64,000 bases of DNA from Bacteroidales bacterium (GCA_016930375.1 JAFGGU010000011.1:1397-65396), one strand, 5' to 3'. Shown: positions 38,187 to 47,944, counted from the first letter of the stretch. Notes: generated from the letters alone by a model not told the origin. Translations and numbers: made by a program.

Positions 38187-40256
38187 TTATAGCCTTGCTG
38201 TCATCTGAAGCTTTATTTCACTCCGTGAATTACCTGAGATTTCATCGTATCCTGAACCCAGGGTATGCTTGTGGGTGAAGCTTGTACTGGACAAACGGAC
38301 ACGGAATGACAGCTGTGGGGTAACATCATAACGCAACATCACAAAGGTCCTGAAACCCTCATTGTATAAAGGAGAGAATGAGAAGCCCGAAGTCAGGTCC
38401 TGTTCATAGGCGTAAATACGGGAATTGTAATCACCGGTATTGAACCAGGCAAAACGGAAATCCACAACAACCGGAACAGCCTCAAAACGATATTCGGCAT
38501 CCTGGTAAATTAAAAAACCCCTGGAAATTTTGCTTTCTACAGGATTCACCCGCGTCATTTCAATCCTGTTCTGCAGTAGTAAACGGCTTGTCAACCTGTA
38601 GCTTATATGATACCGAAGGCCCATACGCCGCATGTGAATGACATCCCTGATGATCATCGTATCTCCGGCCTCATCTTCGGGATCACGCTCAAATTTGATC
38701 CTGCAATACATATCCAGTTTTTTGCTTGCAGCATAATCCACCTGTAACAGATAATCGCTGCCCGAGGATGGGGCGCTCAATCCATATCGCAGCCAGGGGA
38801 AGCGGTAAAAATCAGCATACGCAGAAATTTTCAGCTTTAGCACAGGATGAATTACCATTCCGGTATATACAGCTTCTTCGTTGGAATTAACTGAGCCTTC
38901 TGAAAACGCGTCTGAATGCAGGCTAAAAAAAGCCTTGCTGTAATTCCTGTATACCATGGAAAAAGACACGTATTTATTCACATATAAAACAGCGCCATTT
39001 ATGGTTGCCCAGTGATGATTGCCATAGGACGTTTCGCCGAAAAGCTGCAATTTTTTCAGGGAAACAGAATAATCCGCCCCAAGGTTGAAAAGGTCGCTGC
39101 CGCTGAAATCATGAATATCTTCCGGATCATTGCCGGCCTCTCGTACTTTATCGAAATGGTAATTTACAAATGTGGTGCCTGCTTTAAAATGATTGCCCCT
39201 GAAGCTGATATTCCCTCCCCATGCAGTTTCGGTAACCGATTTTTCATCCAGGATCTCTGCTGCGGTCCGGTGATATCCGCTACCCTGAAACGAAGAGAAA
39301 CAGATGCTTCCACCAGGAAGCGTATCCGTTATATTGGCATCCCTTTTTTTAACAGAATAAAATCCGGTCAGGGTGAACCTCCCCCATGCAGCACTGGTAG
39401 CAGCGCCCCGAAAAAAATCATTCTCATCGGCTGAGGTGAAGGCTTTGATGTCATCATTGCGTTTAACCACATTCAGCGGCAGGGATGATTTGCCGGGTGC
39501 CCTGCCGTTGGACAGGGTGAGCCCCTGGCCGAATCCCAGTCTGAAATCACCTATCAGCGCAGACTTTATAAATCCCTGGCCCAAAAGGCAGATATGGGCT
39601 GAATAAAAATCAAATCCCCCGCGATTTGAATTTTTAAAAAAATCCTCTCCCGGATCTTTTTCAAGGGTAATTCCAGCCTGCAAGTTTTTATTGAACTCCA
39701 GTCGGTACCGTACATAATACAACCAGGGATTTCCCGGGTAACGCTGCTGTCCGGTCGCCGGATCCACATCCGTATAACCGGCTGATTCCTGCAGCAAACG
39801 CTGGGATCTCAGAATTACTTCATGGTGGCTGTAGCGGACGGCTTCCCGGAACCTGAAATTCGAAGTATCAGCATCTGTTCCCAGAGTGACATATGGCAGT
39901 ATTAAACAGATCAACTCATCGGTAAATCCATATACCAAGGGCAGTTCGTTCAGTGAAAGAAGATTGCCGTTCTCCTTCCGGTAATCAAGCAGGCTTTGCA
40001 CCTGAAAATCAGTCAGGAAATGTAGCCTTCGCAGATCTGCCTCCCGTGCACTGTTGAGATCGACCGGCTGATTTTGCAGTGTTTCGAGTTCATTCAGAAT
40101 AGACTCATAATCAACCGTTTCACCATTCTGCAAAGCCATAGATTCCATGAGTGATTCCCGCAGTTTGAATTGCTCGGGAGTAAACTGGGAGGCAGCGTGG
40201 AAGCTGGCAGCAAATCCTGCTATCACCAGCAGTAATGAACGAATATTCATCGACAT
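38187..40256 (-). CDS. ComEA-like helix-hairpin-helix domain outer-membrane protein
   Basis: Signal peptide; PVDLNSA..ADL..L..LT..Q...L..YR...G.L.S..EL..V.G HhH motif; EKDPGE, FGQGL, GYHRT, RIYAYEQD beta-rich region. Confidence 0.82.
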   Translation of the reverse strand: MSMNIRSLLLVIAGFAASFHAASQFTPEQFKLRESLMESMALQNGETVDYESILNELETLQNQPVDLNSAREADLRRLHFLTDFQVQSLLDYRKENGNLLSLNELPLVYGFTDELICLILPYVTLGTDADTSNFRFREAVRYSHHEVILRSQRLLQESAGYTDVDPATGQQRYPGNPWLYYVRYRLEFNKNLQAGITLEKDPGEDFFKNSNRGGFDFYSAHICLLGQGFIKSALIGDFRLGFGQGLTLSNGRAPGKSSLPLNVVKRNDDIKAFTSADENDFFRGAATSAAWGRFTLTGFYSVKKRDANITDTLPGGSICFSSFQGSGYHRTAAEILDEKSVTETAWGGNISFRGNHFKAGTTFVNYHFDKVREAGNDPEDIHDFSGSDLFNLGADYSVSLKKLQLFGETSYGNHHWATINGAVLYVNKYVSFSMVYRNYSKAFFSLHSDAFSEGSVNSNEEAVYTGMVIHPVLKLKISAYADFYRFPWLRYGLSAPSSGSDYLLQVDYAASKKLDMYCRIKFERDPEDEAGDTMIIRDVIHMRRMGLRYHISYRLTSRLLLQNRIEMTRVNPVESKISRGFLIYQDAEYRFEAVPVVVDFRFAWFNTGDYNSRIYAYEQDLTSGFSFSPLYNEGFRTFVMLRYDVTPQLSFRVRLSSTSFTHKHTLGSGYDEISGNSRSEIKLQMTARL

Positions 40257-40344
40257 AACGGTTTGATGATGCAATTTATTAAAAAAGAGAGGAAATCCAA
40301 AGGGGGAGGGATAGAAATAAAAGGAAGCTTCCGCATTAATAATT

Positions 40345-40562
40345 GAACCTCTACAAGGTTCCGGTGATTAATTACTAATTCATACCCTACAGTAATTCAT
40401 CCTCTACGAGGATGTTTAACCGAGACTAACAAAGAATTCCAATACCCTCATAAAGGTAGCCTATTTGAGGATTCCCTTGAGTTCTTCTAATCTTGTAGAG
40501 GTTACATTATTGTAGAACTTTCAGTTACCGGATCTCTCTTACATCCTTGTAGAGGATGAATT
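40345..40562. repeat. Cluster of four GTAG-type REP-like palindromes (two forward, two reverse)
   Basis: gaacctctacaaggttc (40345), ctacagtaattcatcctctacgaggatg (40387), aatcttgtagaggttacattattgtag (40489), acatccttgtagaggatgaatt (40541). Confidence 0.8.
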
Positions 40563-40714
40563 AAACCAGTCATTTGTGAAGTTGTAATAAAGGATTGACA
40601 GAAAGGCATAGTTAAAAACTAATCTTATCATAAGTCCTGCCGGTTGTCAGGAATTACCAAAATGGGCTGAAAACGCACTGGTACATCCCATTCGGAAATG
40701 ATAATAGGAATTGA

Positions 40715-41008
40715 TTATGGTAATTTCTTAACTATACCTGCGAATTGTTCCAAAGTAAATGCTCTAAGGGTCATAGTTCTTACGTTCCCAAGAGAACTTA
40801 ATGCGAGATTATAGGCAGCAACGGCCTCATCATTTGGAGATTCGCCAATACCTATATAATCATATTCTCCAAAGGTCACGTAAAAACCAATTAATTTCCC
40901 ACCAGTCATTTCTAAAGCCTTGAAAGCAGCTTCAACTCTTTTAGGGGCATTTTTTACATCTTTTGCCCCCTGATCTGTAAGTTTCATTAAAGTGATGTAT
41001 GTATTCAT
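40715..41008 (-). CDS. GYD domain-containing protein
   Basis: MNTYITLMKLTDQG, GGKLIGFYVTFGEYD, GNVRTMTLRAF. Confidence 0.88.
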   Translation of the reverse strand: MNTYITLMKLTDQGAKDVKNAPKRVEAAFKALEMTGGKLIGFYVTFGEYDYIGIGESPNDEAVAAYNLALSSLGNVRTMTLRAFTLEQFAGIVKKLP

Positions 41009-41229
41009 TTTGGCCTCCTTTTTTAGAATAAATAGGTAAGGATATGACCAGTGCGTAATTCTTTTTTCTAATCTCTAAGTCAGGAGAATTTAAGCTTTTA
41101 TCAAGAATGGGAGTTGAATAAGGAAAGGGAAATAATTGGATGAAAGTTATTACAAAAAGAAGGCGATGTCAAGTGTGATTTGACGAATTAATACATCATA
41201 GCAAAGGATGAAGTATTGTGGCATGGCAA

Positions 41230-43254
41230 CTACTCCAAATCCTTTTTCAGTATTGCCACAAATCCCCCTCCCTGTGCCACATCAAAGCTCATTTCCGAGT
41301 TTTTAATCACAGCTATTTCCTTTTTATCAAGTTTCCTTGGATTTATATCCGAATCCTTTGCATCCGCCCATGTAATGGCATGATAACCGGCATCATCCAG
41401 GAAATCTGTTTTCAGGGTGAATTTTCGTTTATTGACGCTCATACCTCCCATATACCAGTTATCCCCCGATCTCCTGGCCACAATGATATATTCGCCGGGC
41501 ATCCCGGTCAGTACCTTTGTTTCGTCCCACGATGAAGGAATCCCTTTCAGAAAATCGCTTCCCGGCTGATTTCGCACGTTATAGGGTGATTCACAGAAGA
41601 CCTGGAAAGCACTTTCATACACCACCATCATGGCGAGCTGAAAACAGCGGGTTCCCATAACATGGGGGGCGGGATTATCGGCTCCAACAACCTTAAACTG
41701 ATCGGGTCTGTCGTTGAGGAAACCTCCAGGGGTGAAATCCATTTCCCCTGCCAGCATGCGGGTGAACGGAAGGGTGAGGCAGTGTTCAGGGGTAATCCGG
41801 TTGCTCCACTTGTTATATTCATTACCCAACACACCCTCACGGGTGATCAGGTTGGGGTAAGTACGGCTGAATCCGTCGGGAACATACGCACCATGAAAAT
41901 CAACAACCAGGTGATGTTTTGCGGCTGTTTTTGCTACCCGGTGATAGAAATTCACCATGTCCTGGTCATTTCTGTCCATGAAATCGATCTTGACTCCGGC
42001 CACTCCCCATTGTTCATAAAGTGCAAAAGCCTCCTCCATCTGTTTGTCGACATTGGGCCATAGGAGCCACAGAATGATCTTTACATTTTTATTTGCTGCA
42101 TATTTCACTAGTTCCGGGATGTCGATTTCGGGTATCATTTTGGTAATGTCAGCATCGGTATTAAACGATCCATCCGCCTTAAAAGGAGGACCATACCACT
42201 GCCAGTCGACCAGCTGATATTGCCAGCCCATTTCAGCGGCAAAATCAATGAAATACTTCATGGTTTGGGTGTTTGATCCCAGTTTAAAACCGGCATCCGG
42301 AGCGAAGGAACCGCACCACCACCAATCCCATGCCGATACGCCCGGCCTGATCCAGGATACATCATCGAGTGCGCAAGGTTCATTCAGGTTCTGCAACAGA
42401 TCTGATTCAACAAGTGCGGTTGGCTGATCAGCAATCATAATCACTTTCCAGGGTGAAAATCGCTGCTCTGAAGCACGAACAATTACCGTAGTGTCATCGG
42501 GCAACCAGGAAGGACGAGAAATAAGGGTATTGGCGTGACCAGGATCAGCCGTGAAACCCGAGCATGCCCAGTTGGTCACATTGGCCTCCAGGATGGCTAA
42601 CCAGGCATTGTCTCCAGCATTGATCAGCAAAGGAGTGCCGATGATATTCCCCGGTTTGATTTCACGGATTGTCGTCTTGGTGAATTCAGTTTCCTGTGAA
42701 AGATGGAATGTATTCCAAAAGGCAGCCCATACTGTATGATCTTCAGAAAAACAGAAATCGATCTTTTCATTCGTGAGCACAAGAGTGTCCAATTCTCTCT
42801 GAACAGGCAGTTCATAGCGAAAAGCTACTCCGTCGTTATAAGCCCGGAAATACAAATTGAGGATACGCCGTGGTTTTACGGTTTCCTGAAGTTCTATTAC
42901 AAGCTGGTTGTAATGATTTCTGACAGTCTTTCTCTTGCCCCAAACCCTTTCCCAGTTCTCATTCACCGATTCATTCCTGACATTTGTGATCTTCAGGTTG
43001 CTTTTCAATGGTCCGGCGCCCTGTAAATCAAGCTCAAAGCCGGACGGAAGAAGGATCGGCTTGTTATTGAATTCAATCGAATAATAAAACTGATGCTCCA
43101 GGGTATCTGCGATCATACATTTCACCCGTAAAGCACTGTCAGGAGAATAAACCACAGCTTCCCGGAATCCTGTTTTCATTCCACAGGACGCAAGAATAAA
43201 CGAACCTGCCACCAGGAACAGGTTAACAAGGAAAAGAGCGTGGGAATGCTTCAT
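41230..43254 (-). CDS. Glycoside hydrolase family 97, lipoprotein
   Basis: Lipobox LASC; RAYNDGVAFRY, SWIRPG.SAWDWW, YFIDFAA, GVKIDFM, DFHG, RTYPN...EGV.GNE, FTRMLAGEMDFTPG. Confidence 0.93.
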   Translation of the reverse strand: MKHSHALFLVNLFLVAGSFILASCGMKTGFREAVVYSPDSALRVKCMIADTLEHQFYYSIEFNNKPILLPSGFELDLQGAGPLKSNLKITNVRNESVNENWERVWGKRKTVRNHYNQLVIELQETVKPRRILNLYFRAYNDGVAFRYELPVQRELDTLVLTNEKIDFCFSEDHTVWAAFWNTFHLSQETEFTKTTIREIKPGNIIGTPLLINAGDNAWLAILEANVTNWACSGFTADPGHANTLISRPSWLPDDTTVIVRASEQRFSPWKVIMIADQPTALVESDLLQNLNEPCALDDVSWIRPGVSAWDWWWCGSFAPDAGFKLGSNTQTMKYFIDFAAEMGWQYQLVDWQWYGPPFKADGSFNTDADITKMIPEIDIPELVKYAANKNVKIILWLLWPNVDKQMEEAFALYEQWGVAGVKIDFMDRNDQDMVNFYHRVAKTAAKHHLVVDFHGAYVPDGFSRTYPNLITREGVLGNEYNKWSNRITPEHCLTLPFTRMLAGEMDFTPGGFLNDRPDQFKVVGADNPAPHVMGTRCFQLAMMVVYESAFQVFCESPYNVRNQPGSDFLKGIPSSWDETKVLTGMPGEYIIVARRSGDNWYMGGMSVNKRKFTLKTDFLDDAGYHAITWADAKDSDINPRKLDKKEIAVIKNSEMSFDVAQGGGFVAILKKDLE

Positions 43255-43320
43255 GATAATCCGTTTTTAATCCCTTAAAGGTAATTAAAACAGGATTGAA
43301 TCAAAAAATCGCAATGATTT

Positions 43321-44115
43321 TTAGGAATGTCGGGATTTCTTCGGGAACCAGGGAAAAAATGAACTGGTTCTTTTTTCATAGTCCGCATACTGCGGTTTTT
43401 TTATTTTCAGGGTTTTTTCCAGCATGGCCACTCCCGAAACTTTAATGATCAAGGCAGTCATCAGAAGTGATCCCAGAACCGGCAGATAGCTGCCGGCAGC
43501 CATGGAAAAGAAGGCGTATCCCCACCAAACCGAAGCATCCCCAAAGTAATTGGGGTGACGCGTATAGCGCCAGAATCCAGTATCCAGCACTTTACCCTGA
43601 TTGCCGGGATCGGATTTGAACCGGGCCAACTGATAGTCGCCACCTGCTTCGAACATGAAGCCGATCAGCCAAAAAGACAACCCGACAACATCAAGCCAGC
43701 CCAGATTTTTCTCCTGTCCGCCAACCTGCGCACCCAACAGCGGAGCGGAAATCAACCACATCAGAACGCCCTGCAAAAGAAACACCTGGAAGTAGCTGAT
43801 CCACCAGTACCGGTTTTCACCATAGTCTTTTCGGAACTTCCGGTAACGGAAATCCTCTCCTTTTCCCTTGTTGCGCCAGGTCAGGTACCCCGAAAGACGG
43901 AGACCCCAAATGGTGACCAATACCAGAATCAATATTTTACGGGCTTCCAGTCCTTCCGCCTTCAGAAAGTAAAAAACACCCGACACCACAAAGCCCAGGC
44001 CCCAGAATAGATCTACAATGCTCACATTCCTGATTTTCAGGCTTACGACCCAGAGAAGGGTCATCATGATCAAAATAATAAGCAGAGCGTGCCAATAAAT
44101 TTGCATGAATGTCAT
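43321..44115 (-). CDS. DUF1295-family membrane protein (steroid 5-alpha-reductase-like)
   Basis: SIVDLFWG, WGLRL, EDFRY, D.QLARFK, W.YTRHPNYFG, Y...TSSFFPW. Confidence 0.9.
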   Translation of the reverse strand: MTFMQIYWHALLIILIMMTLLWVVSLKIRNVSIVDLFWGLGFVVSGVFYFLKAEGLEARKILILVLVTIWGLRLSGYLTWRNKGKGEDFRYRKFRKDYGENRYWWISYFQVFLLQGVLMWLISAPLLGAQVGGQEKNLGWLDVVGLSFWLIGFMFEAGGDYQLARFKSDPGNQGKVLDTGFWRYTRHPNYFGDASVWWGYAFFSMAAGSYLPVLGSLLMTALIIKVSGVAMLEKTLKIKKPQYADYEKRTSSFFPWFPKKSRHS

Positions 44116-44125
44116 ATGAATGCTT

Positions 44126-45928
44126 TTAATCCAACATGAATGCCACTGATGCCGCTCCTATTCCTGCATTTGCGCCCACTACGGGTGAAATGTCCACAAC
44201 CGATACAGCATCCAGTCCTGTTAGCTCCCGCATCTGATCTTCATACCACTTTGCAGCGCGGGGATTTTTGGCATGCAGGACAATAAAATTCCAAATCTTT
44301 CTGTCTTTCACCAGTGTTTTGATATGTTGCATGACTTTCTCCATGTTTGATTTCTGGTTGTAAGTCTTTCCAAAAATCATTGATTTTCCGTTTTCATCCA
44401 TTGAAATGATCGGATTGATATTGAGAACACTGGCTATCCAGCCCTTCATCGGGGAAACCCTGCCACCCCTGACCATGTATTTTAGTGTTCGAACGCTGAC
44501 GAAAATCCTGGCCTGCCTGATCCAGTTTTCAGTCATCTCAACGATCTGCTCATGAGGCAATCCTGCTTCAATTGACCTGGCCACACGAAGAACGATGAGT
44601 CCCAGCGCTCCGGAAAGATTTTTTGAATCAATGACCGAAATGAGCCTGCCTGATTCCTGGCTTATCAGGGTTGCAGCCTTCCTGCTACTAAAAAATGTGC
44701 CGCTGAACTGCCCGGTAAGATGCACCGCAATCACTGAATCATAATGCGAAGCCAGGTGAGAATAAAGGTTGATGAATGCTTTTTCGTTGATCTGCGATGT
44801 TTTGGGATAGGCATACCCTTCCTCCATCAACTTATAGAATTGCGTGGGTTGCAGCGTTAATTTATCAAGGTAATGATTATCCCCAATCTGAATGTTGATT
44901 GGTAAAACATGGATCTGGTACTGATCAATCAGTTCAGATGAGAGATCACAGGTTGAATCAGTTACCAGTGCTATTTTCCATTTTCGCCGGTACATCGTAT
45001 CACTCTGTCTTACCATGTCATCGGCCTTCTGAAAGGTGATGTCGCCGAAATTTCTGAGTTCATCAAAAAAATCCGCCGGATCATTGGTATGCAGGTGAAG
45101 ATGCTTCAGGGTATCTGAACCGGCAACCACTACTGAATCGCCATACTTGCTGAGCATTTGGGTTAATGATTGCGTGTCGGCAGTAACTTTTTGAATAATC
45201 GCCTCTGTACAATACCGCAGATGAACCTCTTCAGGTATATGTACCATCTCATCAGGAAGGATTATGCTCTCGGCTTTTGTTCGCAAAAGATTGCGAACGC
45301 TGCTGTTGCGGATAAAATCGATAATGCCGTTGATGAATAATACAAAACCGCTGGCTCCGGCATCAACAACGTTGGATTGCTTCAATATGGCAAGCTTGTT
45401 TTTTGTTTCCGCCAGTGATTTGGACAGCACTTTTTCGGAGTTTAATATCATCTGGATAAAATCTCCGGAATGGCTTCTTTGCAAACTGATGTAAGCCGCC
45501 CATTCCCTGATCACGGTAAGCATTGTTCCCTCTACCGGATTGGCTATGGCTTCATATATGTAGCGAACGGATTTTCGCAGGCTTTCAGAAAACTCATGCA
45601 GGTTGATTGTACTCCGGTCGGCTGTTTCATTGCTTAGTCCATACAGAAACTGGGCGAAAATAATGCCGGAATTCCCCCTGGCATTTGACAGTGCGGCTTC
45701 AGCAATGCGCTTCATGGTCACCTTATAAGACCGATGAGGGTGCACAGTATCAAAAATTGAACGAACGGTTGCTGCCATATTCGAACCCGTATCCCCATCG
45801 TTTACAGGAAACACATTGATTTTATTCAGCTCCGCCTGGCTTGAAATAATTTTCCTGGCTCCGGCAAGAAAGGAATAATACAACCTTCGGCCATCAATTT
45901 GTATTAGCGGTTGGATATATTTTCCCAT
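44126..45928 (-). CDS. DAK2 (FakA-like)-DegV (FakB-like) fusion protein
   Basis: N-half LNKINVFPVNDGDTGSNM, ARGNSGII, PVEGTMLTV, VVDAGASG, YCTE, HLHTN; C-half IALVTDSTCDL, PKTSQ, SGT, IDSK, GGRV. Confidence 0.9.
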   Translation of the reverse strand: MGKYIQPLIQIDGRRLYYSFLAGARKIISSQAELNKINVFPVNDGDTGSNMAATVRSIFDTVHPHRSYKVTMKRIAEAALSNARGNSGIIFAQFLYGLSNETADRSTINLHEFSESLRKSVRYIYEAIANPVEGTMLTVIREWAAYISLQRSHSGDFIQMILNSEKVLSKSLAETKNKLAILKQSNVVDAGASGFVLFINGIIDFIRNSSVRNLLRTKAESIILPDEMVHIPEEVHLRYCTEAIIQKVTADTQSLTQMLSKYGDSVVVAGSDTLKHLHLHTNDPADFFDELRNFGDITFQKADDMVRQSDTMYRRKWKIALVTDSTCDLSSELIDQYQIHVLPINIQIGDNHYLDKLTLQPTQFYKLMEEGYAYPKTSQINEKAFINLYSHLASHYDSVIAVHLTGQFSGTFFSSRKAATLISQESGRLISVIDSKNLSGALGLIVLRVARSIEAGLPHEQIVEMTENWIRQARIFVSVRTLKYMVRGGRVSPMKGWIASVLNINPIISMDENGKSMIFGKTYNQKSNMEKVMQHIKTLVKDRKIWNFIVLHAKNPRAAKWYEDQMRELTGLDAVSVVDISPVVGANAGIGAASVAFMLD

Positions 45929-46000
45929 TCTTTACGTTTTTTGAATAGAAACATAACAGCGTAAGCTTTGTTCAATTTCGGGTCCTGATAATTAAACAAA

Positions 46001-46411
46001 TCAAGAACCTTTTACACTGTCATATACAGTTACTTTACTGCACAACTCATCGGCAACCTTGCGAAAAAGGTCATGCGTCGGATGCACCTGGTAAATATCA
46101 TGTGCAGCCTGATTCTCAAAAATGGTTAACAACGAGAACTGATAACTGCTGTCAATTACATCACGTCTTGTATCTGCCGGTATGCCTATATGATAGGATT
46201 GGATGGCGTCAATGGTCACCAATTCCTTCAATGCGTCGGCAAAACGCTTTTGATGATCTGAATTGCCTGGTTCTTTGAGCCAGAAAAACACATGATGCAC
46301 GAAAATATTTCCCAATGGTCCATTTTTGCGCATAATAGCAGCGGGTGATATCATAATCCCCGCACCAAGAGTCAGTATACTCCCTTTTTGAATAAACTCT
46401 CTTCTATTCAT
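46001..46411 (-). CDS. Dabb (stress-responsive A/B barrel) protein with Tat signal
   Basis: MNRREF twin-arginine leader; FVHHVFFWLK, YQVHPTH, VYDS. ATG at 46411 chosen. Confidence 0.85.
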   Translation of the reverse strand: MNRREFIQKGSILTLGAGIMISPAAIMRKNGPLGNIFVHHVFFWLKEPGNSDHQKRFADALKELVTIDAIQSYHIGIPADTRRDVIDSSYQFSLLTIFENQAAHDIYQVHPTHDLFRKVADELCSKVTVYDSVKGS

Positions 46412-46455
46412 TTCCGGCATGACTTCATTGTATTGGTTCGTATAAATTGATACTT

Positions 46456-47772
46456 TCAACGGGCAGCTTTGGAAAATTCAATAATATGTTCTGATTTGTA
46501 CTCACTCTTATCCGGCCTGATATTCTTGACGAACAGCCTGGCACGCTGACCAAGCTTCAGGCAGGTATGTCGGTTGTTGATATCTTCAGGTGTGTTCATG
46601 GGCTGTAAAGAAGGATACCAGAGAAAATAGCCTGGTTTATCCAGAAGCAACTGCGGTTTAGACCATTCCTGCGATCCGGCTCCGTCACCAAGATCTTTGT
46701 TTCTGTTAAAGGAAATATAAATGCTGCTGCCGGCCCAGGAAGATCCTGTTACCTTCCCCATCAGCATAACCCAGCAATCGAGGTAAGTATTCCAACTCAC
46801 CGAGGGTCCCCAGTGGAATCCTCCTGTTGGGGAGGAGGCAGGACCGCCACCCTCTGCAAGTGGTATTTGCAATGAAGCAATGGGAGCTCCTATACCATCA
46901 TGGGGCGCATTAAAACCTTGTCCATTCCATCGTTGTGCCTTGCCTTCCGGGTTTTCGAGATCACTGAGCCTGATCCTTGCCACGCTGATGCATTGCCCGC
47001 CCCATTCAACATCAGAACTCCAGGTGCTTTCCTCATAAATTCCGGGATATCCGTATTCCCCGTAAAACAGGTAGAGGTAATCACCGCAGGCAACTGCAGA
47101 AGGATCCCCAACACCTCCGGCAAAAGTATTGGAAGTGTTGTGGGGTTTGAGGATCAAACGCGACTGGTAATCTTCGATAAAGATGCCCTTGTTAACCCAG
47201 CTTCGGCCGCCGTCTGTTGATTTCATAATGCCAATGCGACAGACAGCTGCCGGGGAGGAAGGTCCCTTCAAACCCTGGGGCCAGTTTTGATCTTTATAAC
47301 CTTGGCCTGTGGCTTCTTCCCATGGGAGCGTAGAAGGATAATTCTCATTGTGGTAAACTGCATAAAGTGTTTTTCCGGTCCTGTCAAGGGTATCCTGGTA
47401 AATGGTTTCAAACCAGACAGCGCCATGCAGGCCGGGCGTGCCCACCGGAACATTGAGGGGCATGAGGGGTCGGGTAAATGCAGCCGTATCACTGAGAAAA
47501 GCCTCGTCAGCATTTTTTCCGCTGGCAAATTTCAGATCCCGCGCATTGCCCCATAAAGGATCCTCTCCATACTTGCCCGGGAAGATCCGGAAGGTATCCC
47601 CTACCCACGCTTCTGCCATGTTACAATCCACAAAGGAATTGAAATAAAAAGTATCTGCAGGAATCAGTTTAAAGTCCGGAGGATCAAGCCATGCCTCTGT
47701 TTTTGCATCCTGTTTGCAACTTGCCAGGAAAAGAATGGCACATGCTGCCAATGCGCAGATATTCCTGATCAT
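46456..47772 (-). CDS. Hypothetical beta-propeller lipoprotein with Asp-box (glycoside-hydrolase-like)
   Basis: Lipobox LASC; Asp-box STDGGRSW; GVGDPSAV..GDYLYLFY; WGPSVSWN; WYPS. Confidence 0.65.
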   Translation of the reverse strand: MIRNICALAACAILFLASCKQDAKTEAWLDPPDFKLIPADTFYFNSFVDCNMAEAWVGDTFRIFPGKYGEDPLWGNARDLKFASGKNADEAFLSDTAAFTRPLMPLNVPVGTPGLHGAVWFETIYQDTLDRTGKTLYAVYHNENYPSTLPWEEATGQGYKDQNWPQGLKGPSSPAAVCRIGIMKSTDGGRSWVNKGIFIEDYQSRLILKPHNTSNTFAGGVGDPSAVACGDYLYLFYGEYGYPGIYEESTWSSDVEWGGQCISVARIRLSDLENPEGKAQRWNGQGFNAPHDGIGAPIASLQIPLAEGGGPASSPTGGFHWGPSVSWNTYLDCWVMLMGKVTGSSWAGSSIYISFNRNKDLGDGAGSQEWSKPQLLLDKPGYFLWYPSLQPMNTPEDINNRHTCLKLGQRARLFVKNIRPDKSEYKSEHIIEFSKAAR

Positions 47773-47833
47773 AAGGATTTTAAAGTTATATGTCATGCTT
47801 GCGTATTTGAAATAAATATCGTCATTTTTATAA

Positions 47834-47889
47834 CAACTTACAACCTACAGCCTTCAGCCTTCAGCCTTCAGCCTTCAGCCTTCAGCCTA
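47834..47889. repeat. 7-bp tandem array (CAGCCTT) with degenerate edge units
   Basis: caactta caaccta cagcctt x5 cagccta. Confidence 0.95.
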
Positions 47890-47906
47890 ATATTTTCAAT
47901 TAATAT

Positions 47907-47944
47907 TACTGTTTTTTAATATTTACTATTGTTTATTATTGTTT
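47907..47944. promoter_or_regulatory. Four TAHTRTTT direct repeats at exact 10-bp period
   Basis: tactgttt 47907, taatattt 47917, tattgttt 47927, tattgttt 47937; just upstream of a -7-like TATATTTA and the ATG at 47974. Confidence 0.55.
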
